Shown here: positions 37,581 to 48,234 of the stretch, in pieces
How the letters are laid out: every line of letters starts with the position of its first letter
Position numbering within the stretch: the first letter of the stretch is position 1
Virus record (IMG/VR): IMGVR_UViG_3300032291_003441
Coordinates: 9,087-73,086 of that record
Reading direction: 5' to 3' (one strand)
Origin: a virus
Length of the DNA: 64,000 nucleotides
Translations under genes and position numbers: made by a program
Notes under the pieces: generated by a model
Told to the model about the DNA's origin: nothing
Seen by the model: only the letters and a program-made list of their open reading frames with translations
Databases searched by the model: none

Positions 37581-37606
37581 ATCTTTTATTCTATAAAATT
37601 TTTATA

Positions 37607-39364
37607 TTAGATAGTGTTTAATCCACTAATATAAATTTTTCCATAAAATTCTGGACGTAACATCTTCTTAGCGTAACGAGTTAACAAACCTTTACGTGGT
37701 GTGAAGGTTTCTGGATCGTAAACTAGAGGAGTCATGATTAAAGGAATGTAAGGAGCGAATACAGCACCTGTTTCCAAGAACTGAGAACCTCTGTAACCCA
37801 TAAGGATCAAGTTTTCAGTCATGTAAGGGTTCTTGTAAACTTTGTAGCGACCGTTTACTGTACCGATTTTCTGTACACCGAAAGCATATTCCATTTGATC
37901 AGCTTCACCGTTTGAAGTAGAAGCGAATCCTGGGATTGATTCCAAGATAGTTGCTACTGTAGGAGAAGTAACCAAGAAATTAGCGCCTCCACGTAAAGTC
38001 AACTGGTGGATCTTGTTAGACACCTTTTGGATCTTAGTTCCTAAAGTTTGGAACCATTGACCTTGAGTGTTGTAGAATCCAGAAGCAGCAGTAGCGAAGT
38101 TACCGTTTGAATAAACTGTGTTGTTGATAGCTGACCAGTACTCAGTAGCAGCAGAAGCATCTTCGATCAACATATCCAAGATTTCCAAATCAATTTCCAT
38201 TGAAATGTACTCAGACATGATGTTAGTTAATTCAGCTTCAGCATCGATGTTTTGGTAAGCAGCTAAATCTTGAGCAAATTCAGGAGTCCATACTGCCTTC
38301 AATTTCTTGGTTTTAGCAGTGATAGGCTGTGATTGCATTCTTACGTTGATCTCAGGGATAACGATCTGTTGAGCCGAAGCACTAGAAGGTAATGAGAAAG
38401 AACCAGAAGCTTCGAAATCACCACGACCTGAGAAGTTACCGCTAGTTACGTTGTCACCAGAAGTTACGTTCAAACCATCTTGAGAAGTTGCTTTTTCGTA
38501 AGTTACTACGAATATAGAACCTGACTGAGGAGTTGAAGCAAAGTTAGCTGAACCAGTAAATACGAAACTAATAGTGTTAGCAGTGTAGTTGTAGTTAGTG
38601 AAAGCAGGTACTAAAGTAATAGCATTGAAGTTAGAACCTGAAGCTGCGATAAAACCACGAACTGCGTCTTGGTCAAAGCTAGGTAAGGTACTGTTAGAAG
38701 CAGTGATGGTCATTTTGTACATTTGACCAGATACTACAGAAGCAGAGTAATCAGAATCAAAATCGCAATCAGCCCATGAAGCAGATACGATAGAACCAGT
38801 TCCAGCAGCAGTTCTAGTCAAAGTGTTAGCTGTTGAAGCTGATATTTGGAAAGAAGCTGAGAAAGTGTTAGTAGCGTAAGTAAAACGACCTGAAGTACCA
38901 CCATACAAACCACCAGTTGCATCAACTGTAGAGAATGGGAACTGAGAAGCCGTGTTACGGTTACCATACAAAGAAGTACCAGCAACAAATGGAGTTTTCT
39001 CGTTACCATATTGGAAATCCAAGAAGAACACAAGTCCTGAAGGCATGTTCATTGGTTGAACTGAAACGAATTCTTTAGCTACGATTGTACCGAATACCTT
39101 ACGAACTAAAGGTAATGCAATACCAGCCCAGTTTTCGCCTGTTCCGCCTGAAGTGTAAAATGAGTTAGAAGTGATTTGGTTTGATTCAGTTACCAACTGC
39201 TTGGCTTGGTTTTCCAACAATAATGACATATTGTTTTTATCAACCTCAACCAAACCTTCTAACAATCCGGTCTTAGACCATTTGCCAGCTAATTTAGTGG
39301 CATCGCTTTGCAAACTCTTCCAAGAGCCTGCAGCGCTTTCTAATAATTGTTGTACGTTTGACAT
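37607..39364 (-). CDS. Major capsid protein (T4 gp23-like)
   Basis: LLENQ, LPLVRKVF, VSVQPM..PSGLVF, AKTKKLKAVWTPEFAQDL, DAEAEL, APYIPL, FTPRKGLLTRY. Confidence 0.97.
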   Translation of the reverse strand: MSNVQQLLESAAGSWKSLQSDATKLAGKWSKTGLLEGLVEVDKNNMSLLLENQAKQLVTESNQITSNSFYTSGGTGENWAGIALPLVRKVFGTIVAKEFVSVQPMNMPSGLVFFLDFQYGNEKTPFVAGTSLYGNRNTASQFPFSTVDATGGLYGGTSGRFTYATNTFSASFQISASTANTLTRTAAGTGSIVSASWADCDFDSDYSASVVSGQMYKMTITASNSTLPSFDQDAVRGFIAASGSNFNAITLVPAFTNYNYTANTISFVFTGSANFASTPQSGSIFVVTYEKATSQDGLNVTSGDNVTSGNFSGRGDFEASGSFSLPSSASAQQIVIPEINVRMQSQPITAKTKKLKAVWTPEFAQDLAAYQNIDAEAELTNIMSEYISMEIDLEILDMLIEDASAATEYWSAINNTVYSNGNFATAASGFYNTQGQWFQTLGTKIQKVSNKIHQLTLRGGANFLVTSPTVATILESIPGFASTSNGEADQMEYAFGVQKIGTVNGRYKVYKNPYMTENLILMGYRGSQFLETGAVFAPYIPLIMTPLVYDPETFTPRKGLLTRYAKKMLRPEFYGKIYISGLNTI

Positions 39365-39406
39365 TTTAGTTTTGTTTTTGTTTTTGTTTTTTGTTTTTGT
39401 TTTTAG

Positions 39407-40561
39407 TTATTTTTTAATTCCTGCCAATGTCTGCCAACGGGAGAATTGGTCGTTTACTTCAAGAATTGGCTTTTTAGCAGCAACACCAGAGGGTTTAGAA
39501 GCAGATCCTCTTAACATTGATTCGTTAACAGTTTTCTTAGTTTCTCTCATACCTTCAGATAAGGTTTCGAATACTAATTTAGCTTCTTTAACACTAGCGG
39601 CTTTATCAAAAGCGGCCAATACTTTTACTTTTTGACTTTCAGTCAAATTTTTAGCTTTGAAGATTTTGTTTGTGTAAAGCAATTTAGCGTTGAACAAATT
39701 AACTTCTTGTAATTCAGTTTTGATAGTAGATAAGGCGTTGTAAGCTTCATCAAGTTCTTCTTTCATTTCTTTAAGCTTCTTCTTGTAGTCTTCAACTCCT
39801 TCTTCTTCAGCAGTGTCTTTTTTATCACCACGCTTTGAAGCAGGAACATCACCTTTGTTACCACCGTACTTTTTACGTTCGTTGATTTCAACTTCTTCTT
39901 CACTTTCTTCACTTTCTTCTTCTTCTTCACCTTCCATACCTTCATGACCACCTTCTAATTCACCGGCGGCTACCATGTCAGCAATTACGCTTTCAATAAA
40001 TGATTTAAGATCTGATTCGTCCATGTTTTCAATATCGATTTCTTCATCTTCTGAATCTTCGATACCGTCTGCATCTTCGTCTGTGTACTCTTCCTCTTCG
40101 TCAGCTTCAGCTACGTTACCATGAGCTGTAGGACCTTGAGGGTTGTTAATAAGATCTTCTTCTTCATTCATTGCTTCTTTTTCACCAGCTTTCTTTCCCT
40201 TTTCGTACTCGTAAGCTGCTTTACCTTCTTCCATGGCTGAATCTTCTTCTTCCATTTCATCAAGTTCTCTTAAAAGTGCATCTAAGTCCATTTCGTCAAT
40301 TTCTTCAGCTTCTTTCATTTTTTCAGTGTCCATAGCTTCTTCTGTTGTGTCGTAATTTTCCTCAATTTCCTTTTCTTTCATCTCGGTCATCTCTTCTTTT
40401 GCTTCATCCACTTCATCCATTTCGGCTAACTTTGCAGCTAACTTTTCTTTCAAATAGGGGGTAAAAGCTTCTTCAAGAGCGGCCTTTGCATTGGCGATGG
40501 CAGTTTCCTTAACTGCTTTAGCATCGGCAATGGCTTCTTTCAATAAATCTCTGTTTACCAT
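39407..40561 (-). CDS. Prohead core scaffold protein (T4 gp22-like)
   Basis: Highly acidic coiled coil between protease and capsid genes; likely ATG at 40561 (MVNRDLLKEAIADAK); ends RWQTLAGIKK. Confidence 0.8.
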   Translation of the reverse strand: MVNRDLLKEAIADAKAVKETAIANAKAALEEAFTPYLKEKLAAKLAEMDEVDEAKEEMTEMKEKEIEENYDTTEEAMDTEKMKEAEEIDEMDLDALLRELDEMEEEDSAMEEGKAAYEYEKGKKAGEKEAMNEEEDLINNPQGPTAHGNVAEADEEEEYTDEDADGIEDSEDEEIDIENMDESDLKSFIESVIADMVAAGELEGGHEGMEGEEEEESEESEEEVEINERKKYGGNKGDVPASKRGDKKDTAEEEGVEDYKKKLKEMKEELDEAYNALSTIKTELQEVNLFNAKLLYTNKIFKAKNLTESQKVKVLAAFDKAASVKEAKLVFETLSEGMRETKKTVNESMLRGSASKPSGVAAKKPILEVNDQFSRWQTLAGIKK

Positions 40562-40711
40562 TTTGTTTTTTGTCCTCAAATAATTTTTGTTGGAAATACG
40601 CTTATTGTTGACTAATGTCGAAGCGTAATAAAATATTTTATCTAAATGCGATATAAGAAAACCGCATATTACGAATATACGTATATGGGGATTTTTTAAA
40701 AATGCATAAAT

Positions 40712-40738
40712 AAAAAACCCTCCTTTTTAGGGGAGGGT
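40712..40738 (-). terminator. Intrinsic terminator after prohead protease
   Basis: Minus strand ACCCTCCCT-AAA-AAGGAGGGT followed by T-run. Confidence 0.7.
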
Positions 40739-40766
40739 CGGTCAAAGGATACTATCCTAAGAGGGG

Positions 40767-41372
40767 TTAAAATATAGGGCATGTGCCATTAGCACATAAA
40801 ATTTCTGTTAATATAGAATTAACTTTAGCATATGAGTTAGTAGGAATTTCTTTACCTTCTTTAACTAATTGCATATATGATCCTGGATTAGATGGGGTTG
40901 ATACAAAGTCCCAACACAATAATTCAAAATCATCTTGTACCTCTAATGTGCCTTCGTTCATTTCTTTTAATGAACCCATTCCACGAGATGATACACCTAC
41001 TTGAACATTATTTTCAATAAGTGCTTTTAAAATATTACCTGATACTGTTGGTAAAATTTCTATTTTTCCTATTACCTTGTCTCCATCCCACCAAACCTCT
41101 CTGATGATATGAGATACGTTTTTAAGAGAAATAATTGTTGAATCAGGGTGATCTAACTCACCTGTGGCTCTGTTTTCAGATACAATTTGGTTGTACTTAT
41201 CGATTTCACGTTCCCACAAGTCTTTTGGATAATATCTACCATTACCATTTTTTACTTCGGCTGTAGCTAAAATACCTTCAACTAAGGGATTACCGGAAGG
41301 TGCTTTTAAACCTTCGGTAAGTTGCACTGGAGTAACTTTAAATGGTATAGTTTCAATTAAAACCTGTTTCAT
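40767..41372 (-). CDS. Prohead protease (T4 gp21-like)
   Basis: NGNGRYYP, GELDHP, VSH, GVSSRGMGS, DFVSTPS motifs. Confidence 0.95.
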   Translation of the reverse strand: MKQVLIETIPFKVTPVQLTEGLKAPSGNPLVEGILATAEVKNGNGRYYPKDLWEREIDKYNQIVSENRATGELDHPDSTIISLKNVSHIIREVWWDGDKVIGKIEILPTVSGNILKALIENNVQVGVSSRGMGSLKEMNEGTLEVQDDFELLCWDFVSTPSNPGSYMQLVKEGKEIPTNSYAKVNSILTEILCANGTCPIF

Positions 41373-41373
41373 A

Positions 41374-42297
41374 TTAGTAAGACATCATATCGTCATCCTC
41401 ATCAATAACTTCTTCTTTAGCTTTACCAGTCATCTTTTCATAGATTTTTTGGTTTTTAGCTTTATGTTTTTCAAGTTCTTTAATTTCCTTATTAAGAGTT
41501 TTAACCATAGATTGATCAATCATTTCAGCTAATTCTTCTGATTCAGCTAATGCTAATTTAGATTTACGTTTTTCGATTGCCTCATCAATAGCGGTTATTT
41601 TTGCCTCTAAAGCAACAACTTGTGATGTTTTTTCTAACTCTTTAATTTGAGAATTAATATCAGGACGTTTTGCTTCGTTCAAACCTTCTTTAACGGTTTT
41701 AGGTATATCACCATATCCTGATGATTTGTATTTACCTTTAGGTGCTACAGGTTCTCCACCTCCAACAAAATCTTTAGTGTATCCAATTCCCTTAACACCA
41801 AATGAAGCCTCAGTAGCATAGTAATTAATATTTTTAACCATGTTTTTCAACACGATTTGTTTTAATTCATATACACTCTTATCTTTATTCTTTTCATCTT
41901 GCATTTCGGTATAGAAACCCATTAAAAATGATTGACCGTAAACGTTGTCAATATTATCAGGATTATTAGTATCGAAATTGCTTTCTAAATCTTTAGCTAC
42001 TTCAGGAGCTGGTTTTTCAAACTCGTTTTGATCACCATATTCTTTAGTATTTTTAACACCTACTGCTTCTTTTAAATTAGTGTCAAAAATAGCCTGCCAA
42101 TCTTTACGACCTATAGTTACTATACCACCTGCGGCCTCACTTAAAAGATTTTTACTTGTTAAAATATGAACAGCAGAATTAAAGTCATTACCTGTAGTAA
42201 CGTACTCAGGGAACATATGTCTAGCTACTTTTAAGAAGTGGTCTTTATTACCTTTACCTTCTTTTATTAATTGATATTCTTGTTGTAAGGTTTTCAT
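41374..42297 (-). CDS. Putative internal head protein
   Basis: Likely start MKTLQQEYQLIKEG at 42297, just after a late motif; multiple L/I/V-x-E sites. Confidence 0.6.
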   Translation of the reverse strand: MKTLQQEYQLIKEGKGNKDHFLKVARHMFPEYVTTGNDFNSAVHILTSKNLLSEAAGGIVTIGRKDWQAIFDTNLKEAVGVKNTKEYGDQNEFEKPAPEVAKDLESNFDTNNPDNIDNVYGQSFLMGFYTEMQDEKNKDKSVYELKQIVLKNMVKNINYYATEASFGVKGIGYTKDFVGGGEPVAPKGKYKSSGYGDIPKTVKEGLNEAKRPDINSQIKELEKTSQVVALEAKITAIDEAIEKRKSKLALAESEELAEMIDQSMVKTLNKEIKELEKHKAKNQKIYEKMTGKAKEEVIDEDDDMMSY

Positions 42298-42310
42298 TTT
42301 GTTATAAATA

Positions 42311-42577
42311 TTATGTAAAGAATAATACATTATTACTAGTAGCATCTAATGAAGCACTAGTAACAAAAAGAGGATAATATCCAGGAACAAAAAATAAAGA
42401 AGAGCCTGATAATGCTAGTTCACCATTTGATGCGTCTTTTAACCCACGAAAATGGGCTACTGTTCCTTGAGGAGTAGTAGATGTATTAGGACATACAACA
42501 AAACCAGCAAATGAGCCAGTAATGGTTTGACCTTGTATTAGTAATCTTGATGTTGGATTTACTGGTAAATTTGCCAT
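42311..42577 (-). CDS. Hypothetical protein
   Basis: 88-aa ORF packed in head cluster. Confidence 0.6.
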   Translation of the reverse strand: MANLPVNPTSRLLIQGQTITGSFAGFVVCPNTSTTPQGTVAHFRGLKDASNGELALSGSSLFFVPGYYPLFVTSASLDATSNNVLFFT

Positions 42578-42580
42578 GTT

Positions 42581-43438
42581 TTATTTTTTAAATAGTTCTA
42601 TTAAGTCGTTTAAATAATCGTTTGCTAAATCAGTACCATAAACAATACTAAATGATTCTGGATTTTGTCTATAATAATCCATAGTCTCGTGTTTTGCTTG
42701 TTGTAATAATGGTAATAATTGGTTTAATTTTCTTTCTACTTCATCAAACCCCATTAAACGAGAGGCAATGAATTGTTTGTTATCAGGATTTTGTATATTT
42801 AAGTCCTGTAGATATTGTTCAACATTAGTATCCTCTTCCCAAAGTGGTTTAACGATGATACCTTTTGCTGCTTTATTTAATGCTTTTTGGTTAACTAACT
42901 TATATTTAAAATCTTTAACATAAGTATTATTTTTAACCCCTGTTTCACTAGCTGCAGGACCAGGACCCATAGTTGCTCCAGGACCCTCAGTTACTTTTTT
43001 AAATCCAGCTTGTGTATAAGCACCGTACGTGGATTTACGAGGGGATGGACCTGTATGGTTTTCTCCCTCACCACCTGATGTAAATCCTGAGGATGAGGAT
43101 ATAGTAGAATCCTCTTTTACTGAGGATACTTTATTATATTCTTCGGGGTAATTTTTTCTTAAATGAGTGCGGTACTGATTATAAGCATCTCTAACTTCTT
43201 TAGCAATGGTTCTTAATTGAAAATCACCTTTTGCTTCTGGTGATGCAACTAAACTATCTAAAAAATTTTTTGCTTTAACTAAAGTATTATGAGCATTTTC
43301 AAAATCAGCTACATCTTCAATAGACCAAGTAATAGCTCCAGTTTCAGGATCAACGGCAGTGACAGTAGATTTTCGTCCACTACGTGTTTCGGTATCACCA
43401 ACCTTGATTTCCTTTAACTTATATTTAAAATTAGCCAT
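42581..43438 (-). CDS. Putative internal head protein
   Basis: Head cluster; KLKE, SVKE, KVTE, LWEE sites. Confidence 0.55.
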   Translation of the reverse strand: MANFKYKLKEIKVGDTETRSGRKSTVTAVDPETGAITWSIEDVADFENAHNTLVKAKNFLDSLVASPEAKGDFQLRTIAKEVRDAYNQYRTHLRKNYPEEYNKVSSVKEDSTISSSSGFTSGGEGENHTGPSPRKSTYGAYTQAGFKKVTEGPGATMGPGPAASETGVKNNTYVKDFKYKLVNQKALNKAAKGIIVKPLWEEDTNVEQYLQDLNIQNPDNKQFIASRLMGFDEVERKLNQLLPLLQQAKHETMDYYRQNPESFSIVYGTDLANDYLNDLIELFKK

Positions 43439-44288
43439 TTACTTTTTCAATTTCTTCTAATAAAGCAAAATATTGTAATAAATTTACCAAATCATCGTTA
43501 CCTACGTTAGATATTTTACCTAAAGGAGATATCATTTTATTAACTTCATTTAACTTAATTTGAGTTGCCTTATCGGTTACTTTCTTAGCTAATTTAGTTA
43601 ATTCTTCTTTAATTTCTACAACTTTAGTATTATAAAAATCTCTTAATTTAGGAGTTGAATCAACTGAATTGATGAATTCTTTTAATACTAATTTTTGGTT
43701 ATCATTTAATGAAGCATATTTTCCATTAAATTTTTCCAATAATACTTTATAAGTTAAAATACGTAAATCTTTATCGTATGATTGAAATTCAACCATTAAA
43801 TCATCCTCAACTTTTTTCTTATCAAATTGTTTAGTTGTTAAATTTTCTAAGATAGCAATTTTGTTAGAAATGATTTGGTCCGGGTTGGATAATAATTCGC
43901 TATTATATATTTCTACTAACGTATATAATGCAGCATAAGACTTATAATTAGGTAATTTAGTAGCAAAAAATTCCTCTAAGTTATAATGCTTAGAAATTTC
44001 TTGAATTAAATTATACTTTTGTCTTTTTAATGCTCCTCTATTTAAGTTTTTAGAAGATTCAATAACGGAATTAATTACAACCTCTGCTTTACCTTCTGTT
44101 AGATTTTTATACTTAGTTATTGATTCGTATAATTTATACTCTCTACCTAACTCAGTTTTTACAAAATATTTTTTTAATATATGTGTTGCTTTCGAATCTT
44201 TTCCCGACAGAGTATCTGCAGTAATTTGTCTTACCAACAATTCAAACAGGATTCCTGTATTTTTATACTTCGAATGTTTAATGTTCAT
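43431..44288 (-). CDS. Head-assembly region protein of unknown function
   Basis: Directly downstream of portal; KHSKYKNTGILFELL N-terminus. Confidence 0.65.
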   Translation of the reverse strand: MNIKHSKYKNTGILFELLVRQITADTLSGKDSKATHILKKYFVKTELGREYKLYESITKYKNLTEGKAEVVINSVIESSKNLNRGALKRQKYNLIQEISKHYNLEEFFATKLPNYKSYAALYTLVEIYNSELLSNPDQIISNKIAILENLTTKQFDKKKVEDDLMVEFQSYDKDLRILTYKVLLEKFNGKYASLNDNQKLVLKEFINSVDSTPKLRDFYNTKVVEIKEELTKLAKKVTDKATQIKLNEVNKMISPLGKISNVGNDDLVNLLQYFALLEEIEKVNG

Positions 44289-44323
44289 TCCCCAAAGGTT
44301 TTGTTATAAATATATAAAGATTC

Positions 44324-46225
44324 TTATTCCTTTAACTTACTTTCATCTAACAATGAATCTCCTAACGTTGATTTTTCAGCTGTTACTCTTTTACCTAAAC
44401 CCTCTATTAAAGTTCTGTTTTTTAGGTAAATTTGTTTTGCCTCTAAAGCAAATGGAGAACCTCCTTTAGGTTTAGGATTAATACTATCCGATTCGTTATC
44501 GTCATTTTTCATTCCTTTAGCACCTAATCTGTCTTTACCAAAATTATCATCTTGTGTATTACGATTTGTGGGGTTTTCTTCAGGACGTCCTAATTCTAAA
44601 TCACTGCCATATCCTACGGGAACATTTTCTGGTTGGTCGTACATTCTTCCTTTACCATATAATGAGGCCAAATCGTGTGGTGTACCATATGATTTACCTG
44701 TCATTTTAGGATCGTTTCCTTCCTCGGCAATCTGGTTATAACGGAAAGCACGTTTTTGGTCTTCTGCTAACAAGTCTCTGTATTCATCGTACTCATCTTG
44801 GCTAAAGTGGAATACGTTATCATAAATCCAGTCAGTAGGTAATAATTTAGCTTCCATAATCTTTTGAGCTAAATCTACCTTTTGAGTTAATAACGCAATT
44901 TTTTCTTGATCGTAGATAATAGAAGGTGTAGTCAAATCTAACTCAAAGTTAGTTAATTCCTCACCTGTATAACCTTGTGAATATAAATGTACTAATGCAA
45001 TTTTATATAATTCAGATAATGTAATGCGCTGAATACGATCAATTGTACGAGCAAATCTAATATCCTCTGCTGCTAATGTTGCTTTACCACTTAAATCTTT
45101 ATCATAACCCATGAATGCTTTAGGTACTTTAAGAGCGGCAAACAATTTATCACGTAAGTATGTAACGTCCTGAATACCATCGTATTGTAAACCAGGAGCG
45201 GTTTCAATCTTAGTAGTAGTGTCATTACCTCTCATTGGAATGTAAAAATCTTCCAATAAGTTTTGCATGTTGTACTTTAAGTTATACTCACCTGTTTGGT
45301 TATCCATTAATGGAGTACGCTTCATAGTAGAAATAGTTTTCTGCATGAAGTTTTCTACCTCATTTGGAGGAATAGAACCAACGTTAATGTAGAATATACG
45401 ACGATCCGGGCTACGTGAAATTCTATGAATTAACATAGCATCTTCCATCAACACATATTGTTTAAAGATACGACGAGCTGGTTCCAAATACGAACGGCCA
45501 TAAGGTAAATAGTTAACATCAGTCAACAATCTAAAGTGAGCCATTTCATAATTGTCAAAATAAATACCTGGTTGGTTTTCTTGGAATGAACCTAAAGTAG
45601 GAGTACCATAATAACCTGAACCACCAGCGTAAATACCTTCTGGTGAATATCTGAATCTTACAGAATTTGGATGTTCATGATCGTAATTTTCTTGTCTTTC
45701 AATATGGTATGCTGTATAAGGGATAACATTATATACACCATATTTTTCAGCAATTTCCATTTTAAGGAAAAAGTCACCATACTTACACATTTGGCGAATC
45801 CAAGACCATAAATTGAATTCAATGTTTAATACATCATAAAACAAGTTGTAAAGAATTTGTTGAACATCCTCGTTACTACTTTTAATATGAAGTACTTCTC
45901 CCATATCATTTTTAAGAGTAGATTCATCGGCAACAATATCAAGAGCAGAAGCAACAATAGCATCATAGTCCATGTTATCATAATCCGAATAAACCATAGT
46001 ACGTAAGTACTGCCAGTTTATATTGATTTGAGCTCCTAGTAAAGAGGAGGCTGCTGGAGAGTATAGACGGTTATATCTATCTACTAGCGAATTAGTTGCT
46101 ACGTCTCCTGAACGTTGAATTGAGTCAACGTCCATTACTTTTAATTCACTGTTACCCTGATTTCTAATAATAACGTCTGTTGAAAACAGGCGTTGTAATC
46201 GGGTAAATAAACTTTTATCAGCCAT
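44324..46225 (-). CDS. Portal protein (T4 gp20-like)
   Basis: YGRSYLE, LMEDAMLIHRISRSPDRRIFYINVG, EDFYIP, ALKVPKAF, EDIRFAR. Confidence 0.96.
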   Translation of the reverse strand: MADKSLFTRLQRLFSTDVIIRNQGNSELKVMDVDSIQRSGDVATNSLVDRYNRLYSPAASSLLGAQININWQYLRTMVYSDYDNMDYDAIVASALDIVADESTLKNDMGEVLHIKSSNEDVQQILYNLFYDVLNIEFNLWSWIRQMCKYGDFFLKMEIAEKYGVYNVIPYTAYHIERQENYDHEHPNSVRFRYSPEGIYAGGSGYYGTPTLGSFQENQPGIYFDNYEMAHFRLLTDVNYLPYGRSYLEPARRIFKQYVLMEDAMLIHRISRSPDRRIFYINVGSIPPNEVENFMQKTISTMKRTPLMDNQTGEYNLKYNMQNLLEDFYIPMRGNDTTTKIETAPGLQYDGIQDVTYLRDKLFAALKVPKAFMGYDKDLSGKATLAAEDIRFARTIDRIQRITLSELYKIALVHLYSQGYTGEELTNFELDLTTPSIIYDQEKIALLTQKVDLAQKIMEAKLLPTDWIYDNVFHFSQDEYDEYRDLLAEDQKRAFRYNQIAEEGNDPKMTGKSYGTPHDLASLYGKGRMYDQPENVPVGYGSDLELGRPEENPTNRNTQDDNFGKDRLGAKGMKNDDNESDSINPKPKGGSPFALEAKQIYLKNRTLIEGLGKRVTAEKSTLGDSLLDESKLKE

Positions 46226-46254
46226 TTTTATGTTTTATTATATACTATAAATAT

Positions 46255-47820
46255 TTACAAAATCCAACTAATGTCCTCCATCCCCTTATCTGTTTGGAGG
46301 GAATATGGATTTTTTACTTGGTTTGGATTATAAGCGCCAATATACGAAGTCTTACTCATATTGCCTAGTGTAGCGCGAGTCATGTCGTGACCTTGTTGTT
46401 GGAATTTTAACGACGTGTCTCTTAAGAACATAGCAATACCAAATGGCATAACCAAATCATCATTATAACCTGTTTGTGCCTCAGGTCTACCATTTTTCCA
46501 TACAAATACTTTCATTTCCTCAACCAAACGTCTTGAACGAATAGTTACGGAACGGTCACCAACAAATTCTCGGAATTTATTCACAATTAACGGTCTAGTA
46601 CGCATTGACATCGTGAAGCCAGGGGTCATATCGGATGAACCCTCATATGTCTTTAAATACGACTCTGCTGTGAGTTGATCTGATTTAGGTGATTGGTATA
46701 TATTGCGATAACCTCTTTCAATTACAGCATCAATAGTAGCCCATCCAATAGAGGCATTTTCAATTACTAATAATGCTTGATTATATTCTGTGGCAACTCC
46801 TACTAGAAAATATCCAAATTCTTTAGTAGGTAATTGTCCTCTATATTCAGCAACTTGCACGTTGGTTGCAATATCAATTACGTGACAAGTTGAAAAATCT
46901 TTACCATCACCTCTAGCTACGTCAGCTACCACCATATAATCTCTTGTATAGTCTGCTGGTTCCCATACCCAAAAGTTCTGGTCAGCGCCTCTTCTTTCAA
47001 GAGGATCTTTTATTGTTGTTTGAGTAATAAATTCTAACCACTCGTTATAAAATACTACATCACCTGATGTACTAAAATCACAATCACACTCTTGTGATGC
47101 TAGTCTAGGATCTCCTAATAATTCATCTTGGCGTTTTCTCCAAGTCTCGTCTCGTTCAGGGTGAACAAACCAAGGTAATTTAATTGGTAAAAAATCGTTT
47201 TCAGCATTTTCTGCCGCAACCCATGTTTTATGGAACCAGTTTCCTGTACCGTAAGGAGTTGATAGTACAATCGCACCACCACCCGTTGCTAATGTTTGTT
47301 GAGCTGAGGCCCAAATCTCACCAATTTGCTCAATGAAAGCTGCCTCATCCACTATCAACAAAGAAACGGCTTCTGAACGACCTGCATCGCTTGATGCTGA
47401 AGTGGCTTTAATTTGAGAACCGTTATTTAGCCTTAATGTTAATTTGTTATGTTCGTCTGCTGGTATTTTAAGCCATGAAGGTAAGTTATCAAACATAAAC
47501 TTAACCTTTGTAACCATGTTTTTAGCTGTTTCCTGCTTTGTAGCAATACACAACACGTTTTTATCCTTTTGGAATAACATTAACCATAAAGAATAACCAG
47601 CCGCTAATGTTGAAATACCTAACTGACGAGATTTTAATACAATTGAGTATGGATTATCTCTAAATAAACGTAATGTTTTTTCCTGAAAAGGATATAAATT
47701 GAATATTACTCGACCCCTTTGTGGGTGTTGAATATTACAATATTTTTTCATAAAGTGAGCCGGATCTTGGGCACACTTTAGATATTCTTCTCTTATTATT
47801 TGTTTTAAGTCTTGACTCAT
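46255..47820 (-). CDS. Terminase large subunit (T4 gp17-like)
   Basis: LYPFQ, KSRQLGIST, LIVDEAAF, LSTPYG, ADVARG.G.D, NDDLVM. Confidence 0.96.
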   Translation of the reverse strand: MSQDLKQIIREEYLKCAQDPAHFMKKYCNIQHPQRGRVIFNLYPFQEKTLRLFRDNPYSIVLKSRQLGISTLAAGYSLWLMLFQKDKNVLCIATKQETAKNMVTKVKFMFDNLPSWLKIPADEHNKLTLRLNNGSQIKATSASSDAGRSEAVSLLIVDEAAFIEQIGEIWASAQQTLATGGGAIVLSTPYGTGNWFHKTWVAAENAENDFLPIKLPWFVHPERDETWRKRQDELLGDPRLASQECDCDFSTSGDVVFYNEWLEFITQTTIKDPLERRGADQNFWVWEPADYTRDYMVVADVARGDGKDFSTCHVIDIATNVQVAEYRGQLPTKEFGYFLVGVATEYNQALLVIENASIGWATIDAVIERGYRNIYQSPKSDQLTAESYLKTYEGSSDMTPGFTMSMRTRPLIVNKFREFVGDRSVTIRSRRLVEEMKVFVWKNGRPEAQTGYNDDLVMPFGIAMFLRDTSLKFQQQGHDMTRATLGNMSKTSYIGAYNPNQVKNPYSLQTDKGMEDISWIL

Positions 47821-47823
47821 AAA

Positions 47824-48234
47824 TTATAGTACCAAAGATAAAATCAAACCTATAGTAGCTATTACAACTGCTGCTTTAGCACCTCTAATTTTATCTTCTA
47901 GGTCTGTTATTTTTTTATCTCTTTCGTTAATCATTCCGTCTTTAGAAGTAATAATACCTTTTAAGTCTTTTACTTTATCTTCTAAAATTAATCGAGTAGT
48001 ATCACAAATAAATAAAGCTGTATCCTGTCTAAGGATAACTTTTTCCATCAAGGAGATAGAATCACGAGCTACTACTAATTCTTTTTTAAGATTATCTCTA
48101 TTGGTTTTAACTAATAAAGCATTTTTTAATGATTTAATAGGAACTATTACTGTTGAATCACTTAAACGCTGCTGTGAACTCGCTGATGATATCATCATCA
48201 GACATACTATTGATGCGATTATGTTCTTGCTCAT
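47824..48234 (-). CDS. Exported coiled-coil protein with C-terminal TM helix (spanin-like partner?)
   Basis: Likely start MSKNIIASIVCLMMISSASSQQ (signal peptide); C-terminal AAVVIATIGLILSLVL. Confidence 0.5.
   Translation of the reverse strand: MSKNIIASIVCLMMISSASSQQRLSDSTVIVPIKSLKNALLVKTNRDNLKKELVVARDSISLMEKVILRQDTALFICDTTRLILEDKVKDLKGIITSKDGMINERDKKITDLEDKIRGAKAAVVIATIGLILSLVL

Noticed and set aside
39365-39406. (AAAAAC)n tract upstream of the capsid gene as a phase-variable repeat
   Set aside because: More simply explained as an A-rich translation-initiation leader of a highly expressed gene
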